Assembly: GCA_030265395.1 (NCBI GenBank)
Contig: JARFYF010000094.1
Span: forward strand, 33,749,836-33,813,835
DNA: 64,000 bases
From: Rhina ancylostomus
Lineage: Eukaryota
Reading direction: 5' to 3'
Shown here piece after piece: positions 40,833 to 54,760 of the stretch (positions are counted from its first letter, which is position 1; the number at the start of each line of letters is the position of its first letter). Below the pieces are notes generated by a model. That model ran no database searches. It was given only the letters and a program-made list of their open reading frames with translations, and had not been told where the DNA came from. The translations under genes and the position numbers were made by a program.

Positions 40833-41520
40833 AATCCATAGCTCCCTGAAAATGGCAACACAGGTGGATAGATTGTGAAAAAAACATTTGATATGCCTGC
40901 TTTCATAGGCTGGGGCATTGAGAATAAGAGATAGAACATCACATTGCAGTTGTACAAAATATTGGTTAGAATGCAGTTAGAGTATTGTGTACAGTTCTAG
41001 TTTTTACACAACAGGAAGGATGTGGTAGCAATAGCGAATTGCAGAAGAGATTCACCAGGATGTTGCCTGAAATGGAGGGCTGTAGCTCTAAGGAGAGATT
41101 GGATAAACTGGGTTTATTCTGACTGGAACGCACTTGGCTGAAAGGTTATCTTCTTGAGGTTTATGAGATTATGAGGGGCATAAGTAGGATAGATAGTCAA
41201 AGTTTTTCCCAGGGCAGAGTCTTGAACCAGATGGCATGGGTTTAAGGTGAGAGGGGAGAAATTTAAAGGAGATCTGAAAGGTAAGTTTTTCACACAAAGG
41301 GTGGAGAATATATAGAAAGAGCTGCTGGGGGAGGTAGTGGAAGCAGATACTATTACAACTATTGAAAACGTATTTGGATAGGTACTTGTATAGGAAAGAA
41401 ATACAAGGATATGGGCCTAATACAGGGAAAGGGTATTAGCGTAGATTGGCATCATGGTTGGCATGGATGAGGTGGGTCATAAGGGCCCATTTCTGTGCTC
41501 TAAGTTTCTATGATTCTATA
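40833..41520 (+). mobile_element. HER1/CR1 LINE 3' portion inserted into the DeuSINE
   Basis: Encodes decayed HSSLKMATQVDR..QLYKILVRMQLEYCVQF..QKRFTRMLP, followed by the HER1 tail ending in ttctatgattctata. Confidence 0.85.
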
Positions 41521-41633
41521 GTGAAGGAGAAAAGCATGAGAGTCATTCCCATGGCCCTGGTTAATATTGTTAAACCATACTGCTTTCCAAGGAGATTGCT
41601 GAGCTAAAATTGATTGTCATGTTTCTTAAACTG

Positions 41634-41795
41634 CAACAACTTCAATTTAAGTAGTGCATTTAACAGAGCAAAAATTTCCCACGCATAGTATGAAAGACTT
41701 ATTTAAGGTATTATTTCATCCATGATTTGATACTAAGCACTTATGACCAAAGGTTCAGTCAAAGAGATGTGTTTTAACAAGCATATTTTAGTTGG
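41634..41795 (-). mobile_element. L2 LINE 3' end inserted into the DeuSINE
   Basis: caacaacttcaatttaagtagtgcatttaac..tgaccaaaggttcagtcaaagagatgtgttttaa matches the reverse of the common elasmobranch L2 tail. Confidence 0.55.
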
Positions 41796-43084
41796 ATTAA
41801 GTATCAGGACTGAAACTTAGCTAGAGTACAATTATAACTATTACAATAGTGATTATTATTTTGAGGATGAAAGATGCTATATCACTACAACATTTTTATA
41901 ACCAAGAACCCGATTTTGTTGTTTGAGAGATATGTGTAGTTTATTCTGCAGACCCTATACTACGTAAGATTTAATTATCCATTATATATTTAGATCAAAT
42001 AATACATACCTAAATGTAAGGCTGTGTGTAATTTATTGTTAATTTATAGATGTCAAAATATATTGATCACATTTGCAGTTTATTTATATCTGCCTTGCTT
42101 ATCAAAGGCCACCACCATTTTTAAACTGATTGATTTGGTAAGAGTTCATACTAGAAAAAGGATTCAGATGAATTCTATGGATATTACTGACAAAATATAA
42201 AACAAAGGGTGGATGAAAGTCAGCCTGCTAACCTTCAAACAGTAAATATCCTTCCCTTCCATGAAAAGCCAGGAAAAACAATAAAACACAGCATTGTTTG
42301 AGTTGTTGCACCCCTCCCATAATCAGGACACTTCAGAGTGCATTACTCATGAGCGATAAAACTCCTGGAAATGAGATATGTAGATTATTTTTCATAAATG
42401 GCAGATTCCAGTGGACCTTTTCACTGTCCTACAGTCCACAGGAGGATCCACGAAGAAGTACAAACCTTACTGGATTGATTAACCTTTGATCAATTTCATT
42501 TTGAATTGGACATTAGATTACAATACTAGCAGCCATTGTAATGTAAAACTTTAATAATCATACTTTTAAAATTAAAATTGCATTGTGAGAATGTTTGTAT
42601 CTCAAAACTAACTGAATGGAGACCCAGCTAGATAAATATTTAAATATCTGTCAGATATGTTACTTACATTTAAAGGCCATACAGTACATTTAATTTTCAA
42701 TAATGCTTGCAATCTCAAATAAACACAATATTTGAACTCATTTTTAAATTTTATACCTGCATTTAGCAGTTATTTACCAATGTTACAGTTCACTGCCATG
42801 CAATTGTTGAAGCAATAAAATAGAATTAAACCTGCCAGCTATTAACAATAGTTGCAAGAGGGGCATGAATTACCAAGGGAACTATAGTTTAACATATAGA
42901 TGCTTATTAAATGGTAGGTGATGTTTCACAGCATTGTTTACAAGTACCTTGGTGTCAGCAGTATTTGTAATATTCAGCTGATAACCTGATCTTTCATTTT
43001 TATTTGTCACTGTTTCCACATTCCAGTTTGGAAGTTGATTTAAATAGGCTAAATGCAGTCAATGAGAGGCTAATTACTCCCCAA

Positions 43085-43900
43085 TCTCAGTATGAAGCTG
43101 CAGTATGCAGACAGTACTTGTGTTTGCACCTGCTCAGAAGCCAATCTCCAATCTATTGTTAATCATTCACTGAAGCATACAAGAGGTTGCGTTTTACACC
43201 CAACATCTTCAAAACAAAGGTCTTCTACCAATCTGTCCCTGCCAACAATAAACATTCATAGTAAGATCCTGGAAAACATCAAGCGTTTCTCACATCTCAG
43301 GAGACACTTCTCAGCAAAGGTAGATATTGAAGGTGATATTCACTATCACCTTCAGTAAGCCAGCACAGCCTTTGTTTCCTTAAGGAAAAGTGTATTTGAA
43401 GGTGAAAATCTCAAACCTGCAGAACTCATAGTCTATTGGACAGCAGTGATTCCTGCCCTCCGATACGTTTCTGACGCTTACACTATCTACGCAGGCCTCT
43501 CAAGGAACTGTAAAGATACCATCAACACTGTCTCCACAAATTCCTCCAAATTCCCTGGAAGGGCAAGTGATCAGATGTCGGCATTCAATTTCAGGCCAAC
43601 GTTTGCACGTTGAGACCTTAGTTACACTCAGTCAGCTATATTGGGTAGGACCTACATCATTTGCTTGCCTGACATCCAACTCATAAACAGATACTCCATT
43701 CTGAGCTTTGTCACAAAGGGACTAGCAGGTGGACCGAGGAAGAATTCAAGGACATATCAAAGCCTTCTTGAAAAAATGCTACATCTCCATTGATTCCTAC
43801 ATCTCCATTGCTCAAAGTGAAGAAGAAGCATTCAGAACAGTAGTGAAAACCTCAAATCCATCCACCTCAGAACCCACAGAACCAAAATGGAAGCAGGTTA
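43085..43900 (+). mobile_element. RTE-clade LINE, decayed RT and C-terminal region
   Basis: KLQYADSTCVCTCSEANLQSIVN..LENIKRFSHL..FSAKVDIEGDIHYHLQ, then LRKSVFE and AVIPALRYVSD. These match RTE motifs (LQYADD..LENVxxFxYLGS..IxxRLxxAxxAFGRLRKRVF). Confidence 0.85.
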
Positions 43901-46739
43901 TCCTCAATCCTGAGGGATTCCCTCAGAGATATCTCACCTGGGATAGTGACCAAGTTGCATGAAGGCAATAAAATGACTGGCAATGATTATCTTTACTTCT
44001 TTTTGTATATCTTTAAAAAATGTTCAGTCATGATGTGTTGGNNNNNNNNNNNNNNNNNNAACTTGAAAGCTTCTGAACAATTTGATATACAGATATTGGA
44101 GGCATCCTTGAAAGGTACACAATGTTAGGGAATCAAAACAGTGAAAGGAGTTTGGTTTGTCACTAAGGTACATTCTCATTCCCAGCCAGAATTTTGAGAC
44201 GAGCAACTACATTTTATGGCAGCAACCATGGGGGGGAACTAGAGAATGAGGAAAACAAATGAGCAAGTCAGCCTGTACTCTTGTGCGCAACTTAGAAATA
44301 TAAATTCATCCATGACTGGATAAGGTAGCCACACCATATTGTATGATATGCATGTTGAAGTCAACTTCTGAATTCTGTTCCACTGTTCAAAGGAACAGTA
44401 ATTCAGAATTGCAGTTCAATGCATGAATACTGCGATATAATAAGTTTACTGCAAATGACTGATGACGAATTTCTATTCTCTAGGGCATCGTTATGGGGCA
44501 ACATTGGGTGAGGGCTTGATGTAGGTAGTCTGTCAGGTGGAATAACTATAACTGCAGTGGATGACTGAAGAGAAAAATATAGTTTGTGAAATTTGGCTCC
44601 ATTATGCTGGTTAACCAAGAGCTTCAAATAAAAACATGGTTTGAATTGCCAAGTGTATGTGTAGCATGATATGTACCACTCACTATTCTAGTTACGATGT
44701 TAGGTGTTTGAAGGTCATGCAACATGTATAAATATGCAGATATAATGCAGATTTGAAGACAATGCTGGAAAACAGGACTTCAATGACGCAATTAATACCA
44801 TACTTACTACTTGCAAGGAGAACCAAGCCTTTATCAACAGGAAGAACACACCCGCACCTGACTTGTCAAGATCATCAGGTTTGCTGGCAAAATGTAGGAG
44901 GGTTGATTATCAAGAAAAACTGGTTTGTGTGTGCAGGTCTTCACACAGCTTCTGAAGTCAATAAGGAGTATTGCAGTATTTAAGACTTGCATCCTGTCTT
45001 TTTAGCAAACCCCACTGTCCCCAAAGATAGAGGGTTTGGTAACCATTTCACTTGGTCCTTGTCATGACATGAAGATTGCAGGGAAGGTCCAAACAGCAGA
45101 CCAACCAGCTAGAAGAGGCAGGTGAAGGAAAAGGGGGAAAGGGCCTTCAGCAAAGAGGTTTATTCACGAAGGGTTTTCTAACAACAATTTTCCTCCTTGG
45201 ACTTCAGTGAGGATCAGTGCTTCAGGTAATTTTGCTTCTCCAAAGAATGCTGGGGAAATGCAATTTATGTTTGTCTCCAAGGTGATATTAGGGTCATCAT
45301 GGATAAACTCTACTTCATGAGAATCATCTGCTCTCTTCATGGAAAGTAGTAGATGGTAGAAACATATGGATGCCAGGAGATTGCAGGTACAGTGTGCTTC
45401 TGACTGCACTTACATTGCTTCAAGGAGGCCACATTTGAATCCTGGACTGCATTGCAACCTCTAGAGTTCTCAGTTCCCTGAAAATGCAACACATCTGTAT
45501 CTATATTTATTAGATTATGGTGATCACTGTCCATTACCTGGCTACCAGTCATGATGCTTTCATTTTGCAACAGTATGTTATGCTGTCCATCTTTAAGCCA
45601 CCATCTCGTATTCAAGAGTGGCTATGGAGAGACAAGGGTATGCCCTCGCTATGACCTTTTGACTCCAAACACAAGATGAGAACTTTCCCACACAGAAAGC
45701 CATTGATCTACTCATATGTGTTTTCAGGCAATACTTCCAGTTTACAGTACAAAGCAGGTTTTCAGATTTGTGGTTGCCTGTAGTATCCTCCACAGCCTGG
45801 CAAAAATGAAGTCCTCACCTGAATCCTCTGATGCAGAACTAGCCTCTGACCTTGCCCTCCTTTTAAGTGCAAACTGTGCTGTTTTGGCAAGCTACTCAGT
45901 CCTGTTCCTTGCCATGTTTCTTACCATATGCAGAGACCACCTCAATGAATACCTCTGTAACACACACTGCGTCTGCGTCAGAAGTGGCAGCTGCAAATGC
46001 AAAATTGAATGTTAATTTGTCTTTTTCTTCAACCTTTCCTTGCTATCCATTCACTGCTTGGCCTGGTTGAATTCCTATATTTCTGGATCCTAAACCATAT
46101 TCCTTATTCAGATTTTCCTGCTTCCTCCTCCATTGTTGCTTACATATAGTGCCTGTTCTTAGTTATCCCTCTGCAGCCAAATAGCCATAAAACTCAGCTT
46201 CTCTCCCATTCTCTCTCATGGAGGATATTATAATGCATATAAATGATAAATAGTATATATATTTATAAGAATATATGAAACATTTTACAGAATTGTATAA
46301 TTGATATGTAATTGCAGTTCTTTACACCATTTAGTTTACTTCAATCTTCGCATGCATTCCCTTCATTTTTAAATATTTTACATATAGGTTTTATCTAATG
46401 TTTCAATAAATGTATTAATTTTATTTATTTTTGGCATACTATTTAGCTCATAGTAAGAAAAAAAATCATTTGCACCGCTGCAAAGTATAATAGAAAAGGG
46501 TTACATTTAAAATCATGTACACGGTACATTTGCAAAAGCCAGTTGTGCACACTGGTGGCTCTCTCCTGACACTGCTGATTGTAACTCAGGATATCCTGTA
46601 TTTTTTTGAGGATAGAAACATGAAAATACAAGATTTATTATAGTAATTTTTTCTGACATATTTTGTAGTGACTGGAAAAGAAATAAAAGTTACTTAAAAA
46701 AATGAATGTGATATGGATTAAATAATATGTAGAAAATAT

Positions 46740-46770
<31 letters not shown>

Positions 46771-47132
46771 GTAAGTGTNNNNNNNNNNNNNNNNNNNNNN
46801 NNNNNNNNNNNNNNNNNNNNNNNNNNNNNNNNNNNNNNNNNNNNNNNNNNNNNNNNNNNNNNNNNNNNNNNNNNNNNNNNNNNNNNNNNNNNNNNNNNNN
46901 NNNNNNNNNNNNNNNNNNNNNNNNNNNNNNNNNNNNNNNNNNNNNNNNNNNNNNNNNNNNNNNNNNNNNNNNNNNNNNGTAGCATTCAGTTAGCTGTCAG
47001 AGAAATGTGAATCTTGGAACAGGTTTCTCCCTCATGGGCTAGCAACCACAGGGACTTAGTAGAGGCAAGCCTTGGTCCAGTGGCAAGGAGATCCAAGATG
47101 TTAGGAGGCCAAGCTCTGTTGCACAGACTTTG

Positions 47133-47141
47133 CACACACAT

Positions 47142-47178
<37 letters not shown>
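47133..47178. repeat. (CA)n microsatellite
   Basis: Long cacaca run. Confidence 0.95.
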
Positions 47179-47179
<1 letters not shown>

Positions 47180-49884
47180 CTTGCCTGCACACGTTATCTT
47201 GGCCTTTGCACCCTCCACATTGATCATCTCCACCTTTAGTCTCTCCTCCCTCAGTCTCCCTATCTTTTCCGTTCTCCCATGTTTGTATGCGTGGTGTGTA
47301 ACTGCCTCGCTCAGTCTCCCCACTTCCTTGTTAACCCTCCCTATCAGCTCCACTCACCTCCTTCTCTCTCAGTCCGACTGACTAAGATGGAAGGAGGTGA
47401 GTGCTGTCACTTGCCTCTTCATGGCTGCTCTCCAACTGACAAGCCACCTTGTCCTATGAATTCTCCCCACATGTTTGTCCCAGCAGCCACTTGACCCAAA
47501 GCCTGTAGCCTCACTCAGAACCCTTGGACCTCTCCAGAATATCTCAGCACCCTCTGCAACCTTACCTGGTGCTGCTTGACACTGGCAGATTACAGTGTCA
47601 GTAGGTGAGGCGGTAGCCCTCAGCACTACATTTCTTGACCAGCAGATATGCACTCATTGTGCAGGAGCATCTCATTCAGCTATTATTGACACTCAATTTA
47701 TACAACAACCCTGCATTGAGGGTACCTCTGTCTCCCTCACTCCTCNNNNNNNNNNNNNNNNNNNNNNNNNNNNNNNNNNNNNNNNNNNNNNNNNNNNNNN
47801 NNNNNNNNNNNNNNNNNNNNNNNNNNNNNNNNNNNNNNNNNNNNNACTCCTCCTAAACTGAAGGGACTCTGTCTCCCACACTCCTCAACTCAGGGCACCA
47901 ATGGCCTTTATAAAACATTGCAAAACTGGGCAAAAAGATGTGAAAAGTAGTGCTGTGGCATTTAACACTCAAATTCATGTGCTACCATGGGAACTGTGCA
48001 GCTCCTTTTGAGACCCATGGCAGATCTTGCATCATTTTCACACTGAACACTGAGAAGCTAAGCAGCATTGAAGAACTCTCTGCATGACAGCCACAGTGCA
48101 GCAACAGGAAAGGCTGCCATGGAGAGGAGGGAAAGTGGAAGGGGAGGGCATAGTGCTCTCTGTTGACTGGGCCAGCCCACCTGTTTCCCCTGCTCCTCCA
48201 CCTCAGCCCTCCTGTGAGGCAAGTGGCTTCAAGTCACTAAGGGCTGCTGATTAATCTGGGGGCGAGGGACCCCAACAGGCAGCTCACAAGTGACCTTTGA
48301 AGAGAAAGGAGCTCCATTGTGAAATGAACCAAGATTTGCAGTGCTGGTCCTCTAATTGCAGTCACTTTCCCTGTATGATATTCTGCTGTCCACTTGTGAA
48401 TTAGTAACTAAGGTAAAAGGCTTCTCCCAGAATCTCCCATTCCTCCTAGCAGTGAAGGAAAACATACATTACATGAGCTATGAGGTCATTAGCTGTACAA
48501 ATGCCAGCCATACCAAGGTGAATCAGGCCTACAAGTGCTCAGGCCAATCTGCCAATGGCCCCTAGATGACTCAGAAATGATGGGTAATGTGCATGAAATG
48601 GCTTTTATGTACAACCTTGTGTATATTTCTCCAGTTTCTAGGTAAGAGTCTCCAAAACAAATAGTCCCCTTCAGCAAAAGAAGACAATCCCTGAAATAGT
48701 CCTAAACCCATTCCTAACTCTAAGGGTTGTGGTACGTACACATACATACTTTTTTATTAAATTTTGGAAGTTTTTAACTGGGTAACATGGAGTGGAAGCA
48801 AAGCGTGGTTAATTCTGGGTGGAAAATTATTTCCTTCACAGTGATGCAGGTTCAATCGATGTATGTAACATAGAAAAAACATTGTGTAACAATCTTAGAA
48901 AAAATTCCTAATCACCAAGTCAATTAAGTAAATAATCTTCTGACCATTGTCAATTGATTTGCATTCAGTATCACTGATTCCAGAAAGTGGCTTGCAAGTA
49001 ATTTTGTATGCTGCAACTTGAGTTCCTTGTACTGCTGTTATAGCTCAATTTCCTGTCACTAAAATTACTACTACCCATGACAGCACTGTATAATGCATAC
49101 AGGCATTTTTTATGCTTCACCAGGCCTGGTCTTTCCTTTCACTTCCACTATCACATTAATAGTGCCTTTCACATCTTTTCTATTGTGTGGTGTTCAGTAT
49201 CATCTCTGCACTGTACAGGACTTCCACATCCTTCTTACTTAAGTTGCCCCATTAGCTCTTTCTTTGGGCCAGGAAAGAAGTGACCCTTTCACCCTCAAAC
49301 ATACTATCCTGCGTGCTTTTGTGTTGTGTTCCACTAGCAATCAGTCAAGATAACATTGATATCGGCTAGGTGTGTGTAAATCACCTCAGACTGATGTTCA
49401 AGAGCTTGTCAGACACTGAAAGTACCCAGATTCCCCCATGAACTTGCAGCCACTGTCCCAACCACTTATGCTGTCCATGGTTACCAAGGGCAACTGTTAA
49501 CATTATAAAGTAACATTAACTATCTGGCATTGCTATAGAAGTCAATTAGAGAAGTGTTGCTTCTAATATTATGAATGCATTTGGGCATTTTTCAAAGCGC
49601 AAGAAGTTCTTTAATAAATTTACATCTCAATAATTCTCTGCATTTGTGAAGTTGAGTCTTTGTTTTGGTAAATGAAGACAAAAAAAAAGAGGTGCAATTG
49701 GGGAAAGAAGAAAGAAATACATAATCAAAAGTGGCTGCGAATACATAGACTGTGATTTAATCATTAGTATCTGAATGTTGTTTGATTTCAACCTGACGAA
49801 AATATGTTGGGGAGGTTCAGTTTGCTAGAGAAACAAAATAAGGTGGTTTAACATCAAAACTGGAATGAACAAACAAATTTAGAT

Positions 49885-50035
49885 GGGAGATAAATGTTGG
49901 CCAGGACAAAACCCCAGTCCCACTCTAAGTATGGTGACTGGATCTTTCACATTCATGTGCCAGGTGATGAGTCCTTGATTCAACAATTTATTTGAAAGCG
50001 AATGCAATACTCCAGAAAGCAGTACTCCTGATGGG
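49885..50035 (-). mobile_element. SacSINE1-like DeuSINE fragment
   Basis: gggagataaatgttggccaggaca..ggatctttcacattca..tttgaaag..gcagtactcc is the reverse of the DeuSINE body. Confidence 0.55.
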
Positions 50036-52439
50036 GACTAACCAAAGTTGTGTTCAACTGAGGCATAACATCCAATCTTGTTTGGGCATTTCATTGATCA
50101 TACCTATGCAGTAGGTTTTAGTGATTTATGTTCAGATAAGCACTAACCACAGCAATACCCACTCATTTAAATTGTCCACGTCCTTCATAACAAACTTCTC
50201 CCATTATTACAACCCAACTAATTTAGTGACTTTTGCAACTCTGAACATACAATCAACTTGCTAGAAATTGCAGTTTGCCCTCTTTTGATGCACTAGACAC
50301 ATGATGCATATAGTACTAACAACGACTTAAGTCTCCTGAAAAACATGTAAAATTGGGCAAAAATATGTAAAAATAATATTACTGCATCGTGCACACCAAT
50401 TCATTTACTAAAACAGGACATGTACAGTTCCTGTTTGGACCTTTTTTGAGATCTGTACCATTTTCCTGCTGACTGCTGGGCAGCAAGAACTCACTCACTG
50501 ACAGCTGCAGAACACTGACACAGAAAGCTGCCATGGAGGTGAGGGAAAACATGGGGAAAGGAAGTGCAATGCTCACCGGTGCTTCTGGGCACACCCCCCA
50601 CCCTCCCCTTTAGCCAATGCACTGGTCCAGTCACTTCCTCTGCCTTGAATAGCACTGTCTATTTTTTGATTACTTCATATTTGTCCAGGTGTTCAGTCTA
50701 TATCAATTGACAGACTGCGGTAACATTTCCACAATTGATGTTAAACTGACAGGTCTATAGTAAGCAGGTTTGTGTTATCTCAAATAATGGAGTGACATTG
50801 CGAAAAGCCAACCCAAAGACAATGACATAAGGAGGTGATCTACTGTCCAAAAATGAAAAATTGTGACAGACACCAAAAGTAGGGTACTTATTTCTTTTGA
50901 ATATTTTGTACAAAACAAAAAATAACAATTTGCTAATACATGAGAAACTCTTTTTGGGACACAGGCCAATTGAACAAGTGATTAATATTATCTGCATATT
51001 ATTAATATTTGGTTGATACTATTGGAGAAGTATTAATCATAGCTTTCCAAAGTGCTCTAAAAGCAAAGGATCTGCACCATTATGTCGAAGTCTTGCATGC
51101 AGTAAACCCTAGCTTTACCTTTCAAAGCAATAACATCAGATAATTCACTGGAGCTCCATTCACTTTGCTTTTTCCTACAGTACTTTGGAAAATTATGATT
51201 CATACATCAACCAAATATTAAGACAAATACAGATAGTGCAAATCACTTGCTCTCATGGTTCATTTGCCCTGTCTCCCAAAAAACCTCATGCATTGGCAAC
51301 CTGTTATTTTGTGTTTTGTTTAAAATATTCAGAGGAATGGAAGAGATTTTGGTGACTGTCACATCTTTCCATTTTTGGACAGGAGATCACCTCCTTACTT
51401 CAGTAGTGTCACATTGCTGATGAGAATATGCCTATTAGTTTTGACAAGTCAATCATCTCATGAAACAAAAAAAAATGGTAGAAATTCAATGCTTCCTTCT
51501 TTAAGCAGCCAATTAGTTTTCTTGTAGAACTAGAAATGCTTCATACTGAAATCACCAGATGCAAATTCCTTTTGGGCACTTTGAAAGGGCTTGTCTTTTG
51601 CATTTCATCTAAATAAATATTATACAACTTTTAAAAAGGCTTTGTATTGATTATAAAAATAAATCCATTCTCCTCAATCCAGTTCGTAGCTTTTCATTGC
51701 TGAAAATATTAATTCCATTTGGAGCTCAACTTTAGTAATGTTAGAATTGTTTGAGTACAAGATTTCTGTGATTATTTCTCACAACTGTGCTTGCATTGTG
51801 AGAGGCAGGATAACAGGGCTGAATTTTGTCTGTATACAGTATTGCCAAACCCACACAAAATGACTGTTAGATAGCTATCAGAAACAAAAATCATTGCTGA
51901 GTAAGTTAATGTTCCTACCAATACTCAACAATAGCTAAAGCTGCTCTCTTCCTTTCCCTCCCAAACAAAACAAATATTTGTCTTCCTACTAAAACATGTT
52001 GGCTCCTTGCTGAGGCACAGTCTCAAGACAGCTGCCCACCAATTAACCAAAACACTATTTTTCACAAACTTTAGATAATAACTACTTACTAATGAGAGCC
52101 ATCACAGTCATGCAAATACCATGAAATAGTTAAGTCACAGTGATTTTATTTTCTTCCCCAGCTCAAAGTTGGAGATTAGGTGAAGCACCACTGTCTACTG
52201 AGGGCAGTTGGCTTTGCTTTCTGGTTTGTATGGCTCAGGTGCACAACAACAGTGTGAAGTTTTTCCTTGTTCTTTCAACTGTGATTTTACCAAATGTGCT
52301 ATTCAGGAAGTGACTAATTTGGCACACGTAAGGTTAATATAACTACACTTCAGGCCCCAATATCCTGAAAAATGTTCCTCAGAATTCACTTCGTGAAATT
52401 GAAAACGGCACTTAATGAAAATAACTTTTCAAAGCTTTT

Positions 52440-52625
52440 TTAAGAATACAGTGGCCCCAAAGTGAAAGGAGAGATGTTCAGAAATGTGGCTGAGGTATAG
52501 GTTGAAAATATAGTTCTTATAGAGACTTTTATGCGAGACAGAAAAGTAGAAAGAAGGAGGAATTAAGGGTAGACTTCCAAGGAGTAGGGTCAAACAACCA
52601 AAAATCTTCTCATTGCCATTTGATC
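52440..52625 (-). mobile_element. Old L2-like 3' fragment
   Basis: aaggagagatgttcagaaatgtggctga..gtagaaagaaggaggaattaagggtagacttcca resembles the reverse L2 3' region. Confidence 0.4.
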
Positions 52626-54334
52626 CTGCAATCTTTTCAAAATTTAGTGGAGCAATGATCACTGGCTATACCAGTCTTTGGATGTTTGGATATCTGAAAG
52701 GGAATTAGATGTCTTTCCATAGTGAAAGAACACATTTTCAATAATAGATTTAAGGCAAAGTCTGAGGGGACAAAAAAGAATGAGATTTCTAACAGTATAA
52801 GAAAGCCTAAAGAGCTGTTCAAGGGAACTATAGAATTTTTACATCATAGCTAACCATTTAGCATTGTCACACAGTGTGAATTTTCATTTTTGATTTTCAA
52901 ATGAACAAAGTAAATATTTCCCATCAGTAAAGTTACCAGTCACACCATATAACACATGTAGCTCCATGGGCTCACGTTTCCCTTTCAAAATAAAACAATC
53001 GAGCTGAAATGCCCAAAACGTTACATTTGACAAGTTTGTGCTTGTGGATACATAGATGTTTTAGAAAATCAAAGCCTTGTTGCATTATTATGTATTCAAT
53101 TGCACTATTTATTTTTTTGTTAAAAATCATGTTTTCTCTTGTATTTTAAGTTTTCTCTTGTTTTTTAAAACTAACGTTTGTAACCTTATAAATTTCATTT
53201 TCTGTTCATAAATTCAAGAGTAATATCCATTCAATTTCTGATAACCAATGCGTTCTTTGTTAAAACTAGGTGTTCAAAAGTCTAACCCTACCATAAACTT
53301 TATTGGCAAATGTTGCTTGTTTTCATGGAAATAGTTTCAGTGAATAGGGTTATAAAATTGAAGGAAATCTGACAATGATTCAACTTATGATTCCTCAGTA
53401 TTTTCTTACAGGAGGAAGAGCACAGTAAAGTTGTGCTGAGTTAGAAATGTTCCGTGTCTTTTATCATTGTGAAGTTGAAATTACACTGTGCAAGATTCAT
53501 AATGAATATATTAGCACATTCATATGATTTAACAAAGGTGCAACCTCATTTACTTGAGATTGATTAGTGCATCAGTTAAAATAGCAGAGAGAAATTTCAT
53601 ATAAGCTTGTTAATATGTTCATTCCTAAATGGAATTTCAACCTCATATAGTATGAAGAATAAGGAAATTATTACCTCGCAGGATCTAAAACATTTGCTTT
53701 TGGTAGTTTAAACTGGTGAGATTCACTTTCAGGCTCTGGTCTCTAACAGCTTCCTTTGTACCCGGTTAAGGACATAGTTTAACCAACTGAGTGCTCTACA
53801 ATTGCTGACAGCAGGGAAGCTTGTTGTACGTCTGAGCAAGGCACTGATAACGTTGGTTAATGTTTCTCCCTCTATGAATGTTCAGTTGCAGATGACGCCT
53901 TCTTCTAAGGACATTTACTAGTTAACCAGCTTGGTAGCTTTTGAGCTGCCATTTAACTCTTATTGACTGAGGCTTTTTTGATGTACACTAAGCACTTCTT
54001 GTAAAATCACAGCACATGGTTTCATTTTAAAAAACTTTCCAAAAATATTGGAGACTCTGTGGTTATTGCACTGTGTAGCCCTTAAACCGTGTGCTTAAGA
54101 AAATGTATCTCAGCAGAGATTACCACTAGCACTAAAAATAAATTTCAATCTTATTTTCTCTTATGTTTAGTAACATTGTTGAAAATTTCCCTGCATACTT
54201 GGTGTTCATAAGATAGCACTGATTACAGAAATATGAGACAGCTGCAGCATACACTGAAGCAAAGATGTTTTCGGTACAAGGGTGAGGGGCATTTGACTGA
54301 TTGTGTCCTTGCTAAAGCAATCAAAAGCTTATTG

Positions 54335-54760
54335 CACTGCTCCATTCTCTCACCATGGCTTTGTTTCTTTCCCTGCTTCAAATATTTATTCTATTTTCTC
54401 TTAAAAGATCCAATGGTCTTTGCCTGTGGCAAAACATTCCATGCTTCAACAACCTGCTGTGAAAAGAATTTTCTTCTAACCTCTCTCACTGTCTGGGTGA
54501 TATTTTTAACTTTCCTCTGCTTGGGTAACCTTTGACCCCTCGTCACCAATTACCCAACCTGAGGAAATAGCCTTACGCTATTCACTCTACCAGAACACGT
54601 CATCATTTTAAACACTTCTATTAAATCTCATTGTAGTCTTCCCTACTTCAGTGGAAATAGGTCCAATATATCAAAGTCTCTCATCACAACTATAGTGGTT
54701 TTAATGTATTTTCTACAATGGGACATTCAATACTGCCCCTTGTATTCTAATTTTAACTTA
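54335..54760 (-). mobile_element. Old CR1 LINE 3' fragment
   Basis: cctgtggcaaaacattccatg..ctgtgaaaagaattttcttct..ttttaaacacttctattaaatctc is reverse CR1 ORF2 C-terminal sequence. Confidence 0.6.

Larger units (their letters stand above)
40706..41890 (+). mobile_element. SacSINE1-like DeuSINE broken into three pieces (~40706-40820, ~41521-41633, ~41840-41890)
   Basis: The head (ctcagttgatagccctctcacttatgagtcagaaag..cagagacttgtgcacataaatctaggctg..actgaggga), middle (ccctggttaatatt..ttgctgagctaaaattg) and tail (ttacaatagtga..tgaaagatgctatat) are in the collinear order of the SINE as I recall it. Confidence 0.6.

Noticed and set aside
50721-50765. Minus-strand YRPVSLTSIV motif
   Set aside because: It is only a tiny CR1 RT relic, not a host exon.
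52491-52515. let-7-like string TGAGGTATAGGTTGAAAATATAGTT
   Set aside because: It needs two indels to match let-7a, has no visible complementary arm for a precursor, and sits in an L2-like fragment.
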